22,086 nucleotides of DNA, from assembly GCF_006345805.1 (NCBI RefSeq), contig NW_021823601.1, positions 1-22,086 on the forward strand, written 5' to 3'. Source of the stretch: Octopus sinensis. Taxonomy: Eukaryota. Made by a program: the position numbers and the translations under genes. The notes under the pieces are model-generated. The model was not told the DNA's origin. It searched no databases and worked only from the letters and a program-made list of their open reading frames with translations. This document shows positions 9,296-18,924 of this stretch, one piece after another (the stretch's first letter is position 1; the number at the start of each line of letters is the position of its first letter).

Positions 9296-9529
9296 CTATT
9301 TCTTTACTACCCACAAGGGGCTAAACACAGAGAAGACAAACAAGGACAGACAAACGGATTAAGTCGATTATATCGATCCCAGTGCGTAACTGGTACTTAA
9401 TTTATCCACCCCGAACGGATGAAAGGCAAAGTCGACCTCGTCGGAATTTGAACTCACAATGTAACGGCAGACAAAATACGGCTACGCATTTCGCCCGGCG
9501 TGCTAACGTTTCTGCCAGCTCGCCGCCTT
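9296..9529 (-). mobile_element. SINE family B, tail type 1, young-looking full copy
   Basis: Minus strand AAGGCGGCGAGCTGGCAGAAACGTTAGCACGCCGGGCGAAATGCGTAGCCGTATTT..GAGTTCAAATTCC..CCCCTTGTGGGTAGTAAAGAAATAG; near-identical to 15867-16100. Confidence 0.9.
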
Positions 9530-9764
9530 ACGAACGTAAAATATTCTAAAACAATATCATATTTTAACAAAAAAAAATATACAGAAAATACAGAAAAGAG
9601 AAAGAGCAATAGAAAAGAAAAAGAAGAGGGAGAAAATTTGTTCTTTTTTTTCTTCAGTGAGCGTGAGTTAGTAGCTATAGATTACAGACTTATATTATTT
9701 AGTGAAATATTTTAATTTTCACTCGTTGATTGATGACTCAAGCTCGTTTGATCTCACTAAACAA

Positions 9765-10085
9765 CAAACAGAGACACACGCACACTCACACACACACAAC
9801 ACACACACGCTCCTACATGCACACATCCTCGGCCACACAGAAACACCCTCCTCCAAAAGCAGACACACTCGCACACATGCGGTTCTTTCTGAATCTTTAA
9901 CTCTGATTCGTTAACATATTCTCTCTTTTCTTTGTTCCGTATACAATTACCCGCAGACACAAATACGCATAGACATACATCGACACAGTCATACTCACAC
10001 ATATACACGCACGCTCAAATACGCATCCATAAATACATGCACACACACACACACACACACACACACAACGCACGCACATATTGTA
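9765..10085. repeat. degenerate (CA)n-rich microsatellite
   Basis: Directly visible, with a short unique interruption near 9885-9950. Confidence 0.8.
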
Positions 10086-10183
10086 ACACGTCAAATATTT
10101 GCATTTTTTCTAATTCTTTGAATACTAAGTGCTGTTTTCAACAACGATTTTAGAGGAAAACTGTGGAATGTGATGGGTGCATA

Positions 10184-10699
10184 GACATAACGTGGCCGAA
10201 TGGATAAGAATTTCGCTTCGAAATCACGAGGTTCCGAGATCAATTCTATGCGTGACATCTTAGATAAGCGCCTTTTATCAAAATCTTTTGATGACTGATG
10301 TGTGAAATGCGAAAATTGCATGGACATAATGTGGCCGAATGGATAAGAATTTCGCTTCGAAATCCCGAGGTTTCACGATCAATTCTACGCGTGGCATCTT
10401 AAATAAGGGCCTTTTTCAAAAGTCATTTCATGACCGATGTGTGGAAGGCGAAAACTTTATGGGCATAATATGGCCGAGTGGATAGGAATTTCGCTTCGAA
10501 ATCATGAGGCTCCGCGATCGATTCTACACGTGGAATATTTGATAAGATCTTTTTACCAAAATTTTTTGATGATCGATTTGTAGAATGCGAAAGAAGTGTG
10601 GACATAATGTGGGCAAGTGATTAAAATGTTCGCTTCGAAATCACAAGGTTCTGCGATCGTTTCTACACGTGGAATCTTTGATTAGTGCCTTTTACCAAA
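10184..10699 (+). repeat. tandem array of four 139-bp units with tRNA/SINE-head-like internal Pol III boxes (last unit truncated)
   Basis: Unit starts at 10184, 10323, 10462 and 10601. A-box TGGCCGA(A/G)TGG at +9, GATC(A/G)ATTC B-box at +54, T4-5 run at +88/89. Units 1 and 2 are about 85% identical by manual count. Confidence 0.9.
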
Positions 10700-11405
10700 G
10701 TGTGAGAAGATGGTTAAGTAATAGTTATTTTAGGTAAGATACGAAACAGAGAGTGAGGTGGAGGAATGAAAATAGAAGTGAGATATGCTGGGATATTGTA
10801 TTTGTAGATCCATTTTTTAAGGCAGAATGGTATACATATAGATTCCAATACCTTATGAGTAAAATCCAATAGTATTTAAAATTGGTCATTCCAAGTATAG
10901 AGTATATACACAGTGTTATTGAATGAAGGGTTTTATTTAAAGTGACCTAAACTGGTACACTTTCCCTTATTATCTCTATCCTTATTTTTCTTTTTTCTTC
11001 TTTCTTTTCTTTATTCCTCTCTTCCTGTTTTTTCTTATTTTTCTTCTTAGTTTCTTCTCTTTCTTTTCACTTTTTTCTCTTTTTCTCTATTTTTGTCTTT
11101 CTTTATTCGTCTCTTCCTGTTTTCGATTTGACCTTACTAATACATTCCCTACTTTTAGGTCACTTTAAATAAAACCCTTCATTCAATAACACTGTGTATA
11201 TACTCTATACTTGGAATGACCAATTATAAAAACTATTGGATTTTATTCACAAGGTATTGGAATCTTATATGTATACCATTCTGCCTAAATAATGAATCGA
11301 CAAATACAATATCCCTGCATATCTCACATCTATTTTCATTCCTCCACCTCACTCTCTATTTCGTATCTTATCTAAATTAACTATTACGTAACCATCTTCT
11401 CACAC
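10700..11405. repeat. long inverted repeat: arms 10700-10951 and 11154-11405 (252 bp each), 202-bp pyrimidine-rich spacer
   Basis: Manual reverse-complement alignment gives about 13 substitutions and 2 indels (about 94% identity). Confidence 0.95.
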
Positions 11406-11406
11406 C

Positions 11407-11454
11407 GTCTCCGATGAAGGGATATAATAAATATCCTAGAAACAGCTGTAAGAC
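11407..11454 (+). ncRNA. minimal type-I hammerhead ribozyme-like motif (variant core)
   Basis: GTCT-CCGATGA-AG-GGATAT(AATAA)ATATCC-TA-GAA-ACAGCTGT-A-AGAC. Helix I GTCT/AGAC is a perfect 4 bp, helix II has 6 bp, helix III is an 8-nt palindrome, and the cleavage triplet is GUA (after 11450). Confidence 0.68.
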
Positions 11455-11522
11455 CTTCTATCTATAAATGTTCTAATATCTACACAGCCTTGGTTTTTTT
11501 ATCACATTACGAAAAAAAAAGT

Positions 11523-11662
11523 TATATATATATATATATATATGTGGTGTGTGTGTGTGTGTGTGTGTGGTGTGTGTGTGTGTGTGTGTGTGTGTCTGTG
11601 TCTGTGTATGTATGTATTTATACATATGTACATATATACACACACAAAGGTTTACACACACA
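11523..11662. repeat. (TA)n/(GT)n microsatellite
   Basis: Directly visible. Confidence 0.92.
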
Positions 11663-11669
11663 TCACATT

Positions 11670-11860
11670 GGCTTCAAATCTTGGCACGAAGTCAGCAATT
11701 TCAGGTGAGGGGCCAAATCGATTACATCGACCACCAGTGCTCAAATGGTAATTATTTTATCGACCTTAAATGTATGAAAGACAAAGCCGACCTCGGTAGA
11801 ATTCGAACTCAGAACATAAAGACAGACGAAATGTCGCTAAAAATTTTGTCCGGCGTGCCT
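11670..11860 (-). mobile_element. SINE family B, older copy
   Basis: ATCGATTACATCGACC..TTTATCGACC..ATGAAAGACAAAGCCGACCTCGG..GAATTCGAACTCAGAAC..GACAGACGAAATG matches the family B core. Confidence 0.8.
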
Positions 11861-12724
11861 CCCTGCACACACACACACGCGAGCACACATTATATTACCA
11901 TAATATCCGCGAGAGGAATATTGCCTGACTCTGTCTTCGCTCTTGATTAAACTTCATTCACTATCACGTAACGAAAATAGAAAACAAAATGACGGAAAAG
12001 AAAAGAACCATGATAATTTTAGTATTTTCAGTGAATTACTCGAATATTTTTTGTCTTCAATTAGTTTTGCGTTTGTTTCTTGTTTTTCGAAATATTTTTA
12101 GTTATTGATCTTATTTTTTATATTTATTTTGTATGTTATGTTATTTATTTCTTCTGTTATGTTAGCCTTTATTCTTGCGTATGTTAGCTAAAACCCGACA
12201 TATGGAACAGACGGCGAAGAACGAAATAAACAAATCGCCAGAACAAGCCATTGAAAAACAATAAGTAAACACTTTTGAAAAAAAAAACCCCAAAAACAAA
12301 AAAGAAAAAAAAAACACAGCAAAATACGTCTAACAAAAATAAATAGATGAATACAATAAAAATTTTTTAAAAATAATAAAATGAAAATCAGAAGCGGTTA
12401 GACTGCAGATCGAAATCGCCATCTCTGAAATTCAATGTGCAAGAGCACTTTATCTCTACGAGTGTTAGCTGCTGGATGACCTCAGATGTGAAGACACAGT
12501 CGAAGATACATGCTTGATAAAACGATGATCAAAGCGTAAGTTGATTAAAATAAATCGATAAAGCAACGGATGGGGTTCAAGAGTCACCGCCATTGATTAC
12601 AGCAAATTAATTAATCGCTTATTCACAAGACTCATTAATTTCTTTAATTAGACGCTTCCTTGGCTTTGAAAAACAGAAGGTTAAAAATAATAAATTTCTT
12701 TTCCGTCATCACTTTCTACTAGGA

Positions 12725-12725
<1 letters not shown>

Positions 12726-12755
<30 letters not shown>

Positions 12756-13050
12756 TGTATGTATGTATGCATGTATGTATGTATGCATGTATGCATGCAT
12801 GCATGTATGCATGTATGTATGTATGTATGTATGTATGTATGTATGTATGTATGTATGTGTGTATGAATATATGTTTGTGTGTATATGCATGTATGTGTTT
12901 ATGTATGTGTCTGTATGTATATGTATATGTAAGTATGTATGTATATGTGTGTGTATGCGTGTATCTATGTATGTGTATACATGTGTGTATGCTTGTAACT
13001 AGGTATGTGTATACATGTATGTATGCATGTAATATATATATACATATATA

Positions 13051-13092
<42 letters not shown>

Positions 13093-13133
13093 TATAGACA
13101 CACGTGCGAGTACACACACACATATAGGCATCC

Positions 13134-13177
<44 letters not shown>

Positions 13178-13530
13178 TACACGTACATACATTATATACG
13201 TAACATACATATGCATACATACTACATACATACATACATAATGCATACATCCATACATACATACATACATACATATATGCAGGCATACACACACAAACAC
13301 ACATATATATGTATATATTTCGGCAGAGTGAGAGAGAGGAGGAGAGAGAGAAGGAGAGAGACAGAGAGAAAGAGAGAGATTGGTAGGAAGCGATGAACGC
13401 AAACACACGCACACATGCATAATTATATTCCTGTATACACACATATAAATACATATGTATATACATACTCACATTGATATGGAATGGATTTGCACACACA
13501 AACATATATGTATGTATATGTATGTATATA
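12726..13530. repeat. compound (ATGT)n/(TA)n/(ATAC)n/(GA)n microsatellite block
   Basis: Directly visible. Confidence 0.92.
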
Positions 13531-13903
13531 TAAAGAACTACACCCCACCCGCGAAGAAAACACATTAGGACAATAAAAACGTACACGTCTAAATATCCAC
13601 TTGAATATTTTATGATGTCTGCTTAAAGAAACAATGTGTTTATGGAAAAATTTCCTTTTAAAGCTAGCTTACGTTTTCATTCTCATTTTTCCATTCCGCC
13701 ATTTTCTCTTTTCTTTTTTTAGTGTTTTTTTTGTTTTCGTTTTGCCTTTCGAAAATTTTATTTTCAGTGATTTGTAAATTTTATTTCTTTCTCTTGAAAA
13801 TAATATAATTGAAATGCATTGTCTGAAATTTCGTTTTCTTTCTTTTTTATTTTTTAATTGTTTTGTTTGTTTTGGGCATCAAGTCCTAGTGATTTTTCTT
13901 CTC

Positions 13904-14400
13904 TGTGTGTATGTGTGTGTGTGTGTGTGAACGTGTATGTGTGTGTGTGTGTGTGTGCATGCTGTGTATGTGTCTGTGCGTGCCGTGTATATGTGTGTAT
14001 GTGAACATGTGTGTGTATGAACGTGCAAGTGTTTGTGTGTGTGCATATATGTGTGTGTATGAATGTGTGTGTGAATGTGTGTGTGCGTATGTGTGTTTAT
14101 GAATGTGTGTGTGAACGTGTGTTTGAACGTGTGTGCATGCGTATGTGCGCATGTGTGTATGAATGTGTGTGTGAACGTGTGTGTGTGTGTACTTATGTGT
14201 TTGTATGAATGGATGTGTATGGACGTCTGTGTGTGTGTGAACGTATGTGTATGTGTGTGTGTGCGTGCCGTGTATCAGTGTCTGTGAACGTATGTGTGTG
14301 TGTGTGTGGTGTGTGTGTGATGTGTGTGTGATGTGTGTGTGTGTGTGTGTGTGTGAGTGTGTGTACGTGTATGCGTGTGTGAACGTGTCTGAACGTGTGT
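13904..14400. repeat. degenerate (GT)n array with recurring GAACGT/GAATGT interruptions
   Basis: Directly visible. Confidence 0.9.
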
Positions 14401-14582
14401 AGTTTGGTTTTGCTGTGTGGCACGGAAGAGTCGGTCTCTGTTTTCGCAGCTAAACCAATCGCGGCACTTGAATCAGTAAAGACTTTTACGGAATACACGG
14501 AAATGATTAAAGAAAAACAATCAAAGAAACAACAACAATAACATCAACAACAACTTTATGCCACATCATTATAACTACCACT

Positions 14583-14790
14583 TAAGGCTGTAAGCTGTCA
14601 GAGCCGTTAGCATGCCGTGGAAAATACTTAGCGGCAATTTGGTCCGTCTGTACGTTCTGAGTTCGAATTTCTCCAAAGACGTCCTTGCCGTTCATCTTCC
14701 CGAGAACGATAACAAAAAAAGCCGCAGTTGAGTATTGGCGTCGAAGTAATCGATGGACACTCCACTCCAAAATTTCAGGCGTGGTGCTTT
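14583..14790 (+). mobile_element. SINE family B, old diverged copy
   Basis: AAGGCTGTAAGCTGTCAGAGCCGTTAGCATGCCG..ACGTTCTGAGTTCGAATTTC..AAATTTCAGGCGTGGTGC. Confidence 0.75.
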
Positions 14791-14912
14791 GAGGGGAAAA
14801 GGTTATTGATTCTTTAATCAGGCTGTGAGCTGGCACAATGGTTTGGGTGTCAGAAGAAATACCGTCATCACTAGTTCTATGATGACAATTTTCACCAATA
14901 TAATCTACAGTT

Positions 14913-15146
14913 AAGTCGGCAAGCTGGCAGGAGCGTTAGCATGACGAGCAAAATGCTCAGCGATATTTCTTCTGCCGCTACGTTCTGAGTTCAAATTCCG
15001 CCTAGGTCGACTTTGCCTTTCATCATTTCGGGGTCGATAGATTAAGTACCAGTTACGCACTGAGGTCGATGTAATCGACTTAATCCGTGTGTCTGTCCTT
15101 GTTTGTCCCCTCTGTGTTTGGCCCCTTGTGGGTAGTAAAGAAATAG
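14913..15146 (+). mobile_element. SINE family B, tail type 1
   Basis: Head AGCTGGCAGGAGCGTTAGCA, B-box GAGTTCAAATTCC, core, and tail CCCCTTGTGGGTAGTAAAGAAATAG. Confidence 0.88.
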
Positions 15147-15300
15147 GTATTTCACCCACCGCTATGTTCTGAGTTCAAATTCTGCCGAGGTCGACTTTGG
15201 CTTTTATTCTTTAGGGGTCAATAAATTAAGTGTCCATGAAAAACTGTCATCGATGCATTCGATTAGTCCCCTTCCCGAAAATTTCAGGCTTTGTACCTTT
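15147..15300 (+). mobile_element. SINE family B, headless older copy with a type-2-like tail
   Basis: Starts GTATTTCA..GTTCTGAGTTCAAATTCTGCCGAGGTCGACTTTG and ends ..CCCCTTCCCGAAAATTTCAGGCTTTGTACC. Confidence 0.8.
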
Positions 15301-15305
15301 AATTT

Positions 15306-15622
15306 TTGTTGTTTGTTTCTGTTTGTTCCTTCTCGAGCCATGCCTGGCTCATAAGGGCCGGTTTCCCGGTTTCCTTGGCGTAGAGGTTCCCCACCTGGAC
15401 GGGACACCGGTCCCTCGCAAGTGAGGTCCAAGATGCAGGAGGAAAGAGTGAGAGAAAGTTGTGGCGAAAGAGTCAGCAGAAGTTCGCCATTACCTTCTGC
15501 CGGAGCCGCGTGGAGCTTAGGTGTTTCGCTCATAAACACACACATCGCCGCGTTTGAGATTCGAACCCGCGATCCCTCGATCGCGAGTCCACTGCTCTAA
15601 CCACTAGGTCATATGCCTCCAC
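15306..15622 (-). mobile_element. SINE family C, full length, tRNA-derived head
   Basis: Minus-strand head GTGGAGGCATATGACCTAGTGGTTAGAGCAG..GGGTTCGAATCTC with A and B boxes. Tail ..GTCCCGTCCAGGTGGGGAACC..GAAACCGGGAAACCGGCCC..GAGAAGG followed by (AAAC)n-like repeats. Confidence 0.85.
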
Positions 15623-15667
15623 ACTGGTACCTTTAATAGAAAGTGATTAACAGTGTTGAGATCCGAA

Positions 15668-15862
15668 CGCGGCAATCTGGCCGAACCGTGAGCGCGCCGG
15701 AGAAAACGCTTAGGGGCATTTCTCTCTTTACTGTCTGAGTTCAAATTCCTCCAAGGTTGACCACGCCGTTTATCTTTCCGGAATCGATAAAATAAGTTCC
15801 AGATGAGCATCGGGGTCCCCTCCCACCAAATTTCAGGCATGGTACGTTGAGTAGAAAGGATT
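15668..15862 (+). mobile_element. SINE family B, old diverged copy
   Basis: CGCGGCAATCTGGCCGAACCGTGAGCGCGCCGG..TCTGAGTTCAAATTCC..TCGATAAAATAAGTTCCAG..AAATTTCAGGCATGGTAC. Confidence 0.75.
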
Positions 15863-15866
15863 ATGA

Positions 15867-16100
15867 AAGGCGGCGAGCTGGCAGAAACTTTAGCACGCCG
15901 GGCGAAATGCGTAGCCGTATTTCGTCTGCAGCTACGTTCTGAGTTCAAATTCCGCCGAGGTTGACTTTGCCTTTCATCCTTTCGGAGTCGATTAAATAAG
16001 TACTAGTTACGCACTGGGATCGATATAATCGACTTAATCCATTTGTCTGTCCTTGTTTGTCCTCTCTGTGTGTAGCCCCTTGTGGGTAGTAAAGAAATAG
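15867..16100 (+). mobile_element. SINE family B, tail type 1, young-looking full copy
   Basis: Near-identical to the reverse complement of 9296-9529; ends GGGTAGTAAAGAAATAG. Confidence 0.9.
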
Positions 16101-16250
16101 GTATTTCGTCTGCCGTTACGTTCTGAGTTCAAATTCCGTCGAGGTAGACTTTGTGTTTTATTCTTTGGGGGTCGATAAATTAAGTACCAGTGAAACACTG
16201 GGGTTGATATAATCGAGTAGTCCCCACCCAACAAATGTGAGGCCAGGATT
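16101..16250 (+). mobile_element. SINE family B, headless copy with a type-2-like tail
   Basis: Starts GTATTTCGTCTGCCGTTACGTTCTGAGTTCAAATTCC and ends ..GTCCCCACCCAACAAATGTGAGGCC. Confidence 0.82.
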
Positions 16251-16520
16251 ATGTGTATGTGCATGTGAGCGTGTGTTTGTGTGCGTACGTACGTATGTAT
16301 GAGTGTGTGCGTGTGAGTGTGTTTGTGTGAGCGTGTACATGCGAGTGTGTGTGCCTGCGAGCGTATGTGCGTATTTCCGTGTGTGCTCGTTCTGTTTGTG
16401 TGTGTGTGAGTGTATATATTTGTGTATGCGATCGTATGCGCGTGCGCGTGTGAGTGTGTGTGTGTGAGTGTGTGTGTGTGTGTGTTGTGTGTGTAAGTGG
16501 TGTGTGTGTGTGTGTGTGAA
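16251..16520. repeat. degenerate (GT)/(GC) microsatellite
   Basis: Directly visible. Confidence 0.88.
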
Positions 16521-16809
16521 TAGAAAACGGCGTTGGGTAGATCCATTCCAATTCACTGATCCATTTAAGAGCTCCATACAAAATACCCTAACCTTATAGT
16601 TACCCTAATTCTTACTCCCTAAATAAACAATATCAACGGGAGCTGGTCCCTAATTAAACGACAAACGCATGAAAGAAAAAAAAAAAGAAGAAAGACAACA
16701 CCAGAAATTGCAATAACGAAAAGAAAGGTCAGACAATCGACGAGATCTCACTTCACTAGAGATAAATTAATATACACCCTTCACACACACGCCGCCATTC
16801 ACAGTAGCA

Positions 16810-17134
16810 CATGTATGTATGTATGTATGTATATATGTATGTTTGTATGTATGTATGTATGTATGTATGTATGTATGTATTCTACATGTATTATATATGT
16901 ATGTATGTATTTATGTATATATATAGACGTAATCAATTAATTATGATTTTGTTGTTCTTTTGTTCAATGAATACAGGGCACACCTGGTGTTGGCCCCTTT
17001 TTTTTAAAGCCCAGCTTATTCATATCTGTCAATAATTGTTTCTGTGTTGGGTCCCAGACGGGTTCCTGTATGCGTGTATGTATTTATGTATGTATATATG
17101 TATGTATATATGTATGTATAAATGTATGTATGTA

Positions 17135-17173
<39 letters not shown>

Positions 17174-17390
17174 GAAGTGGTGTATACACACACACACATA
17201 CATATAGCTGCATACACACACAAACATATATGTGTATATACGTATAATTACATATATACGTATTTCTATATATTGAAGCATGTATTTGTGCATATAATTA
17301 TCTATATGTATGTGGTGTTGTGTGTGTGTGTGTGTGTGTGCGTGCGTGCGTGCGCGCGTGAGTGTGTGAGTGCGTGAGTGTTAGTTTCAT
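16810..17390. repeat. compound (ATGT)n/(GT)n/(TA)n microsatellite block with short unique interruptions
   Basis: Directly visible. Confidence 0.85.
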
Positions 17391-17481
17391 GAATGCACAT
17401 AAAATGAAACTTGTTAGAATGCATAAGTATTGATATACATTATACCACCACCGCCGCCGCCGCCGCCATCACCACCACCAC

Positions 17482-17612
17482 CTTTCACACTTTCTTCTTG
17501 TTTCTTGAGTAACGCTGCGATGGACTGGCGTCCCGTCCAGCTGGTGGGGAACACATACACCATAGAAACCGGGAAACCGGGCCCATGAGCCTGACTATGC
17601 TTGAAAAGGGCG
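17482..17612 (+). mobile_element. 3' tail fragment related to SINE family C
   Basis: CTGCGATGGACTGGCGTCCCGTCCAG..GGGGAACAC..GAAACCGGGAAACCGGGCCCATGAGCC matches the tail of 15306-15622. Confidence 0.72.
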
Positions 17613-17618
17613 CAAAAA

Positions 17619-17629
17619 ATTATTATTAC

Positions 17630-17687
<58 letters not shown>
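17619..17687. repeat. perfect (ATT)n microsatellite
   Basis: Directly visible. Confidence 0.97.
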
Positions 17688-18241
17688 GAGTGAGAGAGCA
17701 GTGCATGCCATCAAAGTGATACTGGGGTAAAATATACGAAGCCCAATATACCCATCATGACTACCCGTCTGATAAGGGTACACCAGGCACATGCATCACA
17801 ACCATATGTGCGCGACATGGTGATCTCATATCAAGATAAACAGCACATGACCTTGCAGGTGGGGCCCAGTTAGAATTTTCTTCAGGTTGAGTAGCCCATC
17901 CCGCTCAAAAGGTCCCTGAATAAGGGTTGTTTAAGGATGTTGAAAGAACCACCCATGTTTCCAGAGGTGAATTATCAAACCCAAAGAATCCCTCTCAACA
18001 CATGGCTATGATGCTCCCCCACTACTTCTGCTCGTGATCAGAGAGGCACATATCGTCAGCCACTAAGGGACATGCTCAACTGGTTAAGGTCAAACAACTG
18101 ACAAGCAAATCTGTGGTATTGAGCAGAATATTTGCTGTAGCCCATCTTTTATACCAAGACAAAACAATGTAACCTGATAACACTTCCAATCAGTAAGATC
18201 AGAAGCCATGAGGCCACTGCCTGGTACTGCATCAGGGCATT
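17688..18241. mobile_element. about 550-bp non-coding element embedded in (AAT)n; possible Dong/R4-clade UTR or non-autonomous derivative
   Basis: Complex sequence with sharp borders against in-phase ATT arrays on both sides. Dong (R4 clade) is known to target TAA repeats. No RT sequence is present, so the family and orientation are inference. Confidence 0.45.
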
Positions 18242-18298
18242 TATTATTATTATTATTATTATTATATTATTATTATTATTATTATATTATTATTATCA

Positions 18299-18349
<51 letters not shown>

Positions 18350-18360
18350 CATATCATCAT

Positions 18361-18394
<34 letters not shown>

Positions 18395-18458
18395 ACATTA
18401 TCATTATTATTTTATTATTATTATATTATTATTATTATTATTATTATTATATTTTATC

Positions 18459-18490
<32 letters not shown>

Positions 18491-18494
18491 TATA

Positions 18495-18540
<46 letters not shown>

Positions 18541-18590
18541 TATATATTATTATTATTATTATTTTTATTATCATTACTATCATTATTACC
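18242..18590. repeat. degenerate (ATT)n/(ATC)n microsatellite
   Basis: Directly visible. Confidence 0.95.
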
Positions 18591-18924
18591 ATTTGAGCAG
18601 ACTTGCTTACATCTCTCTCCCTCCAATAATTCTGGATTTTTACCAAATACAACGGAAAGAAAGATATTTCATTTTGGATAATTTTCAACAGTAAATCTCC
18701 TGGAACGCATTAGAATCACACCCCATAATGGCGGAGACATATGCTTCTTTGTCATTTTATAAATAACTTTGTTTATTTCTTGTATCTGTTTATAGTTCAA
18801 TCGAGACAGCTTCTCTTCAAAATTACACTCTCTCAAAACCTGACTATGAATATAAAATAAAGAGTGTACAAGCAAACAAAAATTAATTTCCCTTTAATGA
18901 TCCACACATCGCTCAGAAAAATAT

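Larger units (their letters stand above)
10700..11522 (+). mobile_element. Penelope-like element terminal repeat with an inverted partial copy, ending in (TA)n
   Basis: Hammerhead motif at 11407-11454, an inverted upstream arm, and a 3' end abutting a TA microsatellite. Inverted terminal-repeat arrangements and hammerheads are established PLE features. No RT or GIY-YIG coding sequence was seen. Confidence 0.6.

Noticed and set aside
10184-10699. tRNA gene cluster or CRISPR-like array interpretation of the 139-bp repeats
   Set aside because: There is no acceptor or anticodon stem pairing for a cloverleaf. The whole unit is repeated with no unique spacers, there are no cas genes, and the context is eukaryotic.
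12410-12541. Possible exon ending at AGC|GTAAGT (12536)
   Set aside because: All three frames downstream of the nearest CAG contain stops, and the upstream sequence is purine-rich with no polypyrimidine tract.
14445-14498. Minus-strand peptide VKVFTDSSAAIGLA resembling an RNase H motif of LTR retroelements
   Set aside because: An isolated match of about 12 aa; the frame runs straight into (CA)n on one side and T-rich low-complexity sequence on the other, with no other pol motifs.
15550-15622. tRNA gene on the minus strand
   Set aside because: It has A and B boxes but no full cloverleaf, and it continues into a SINE body and tail, so it is a SINE head.
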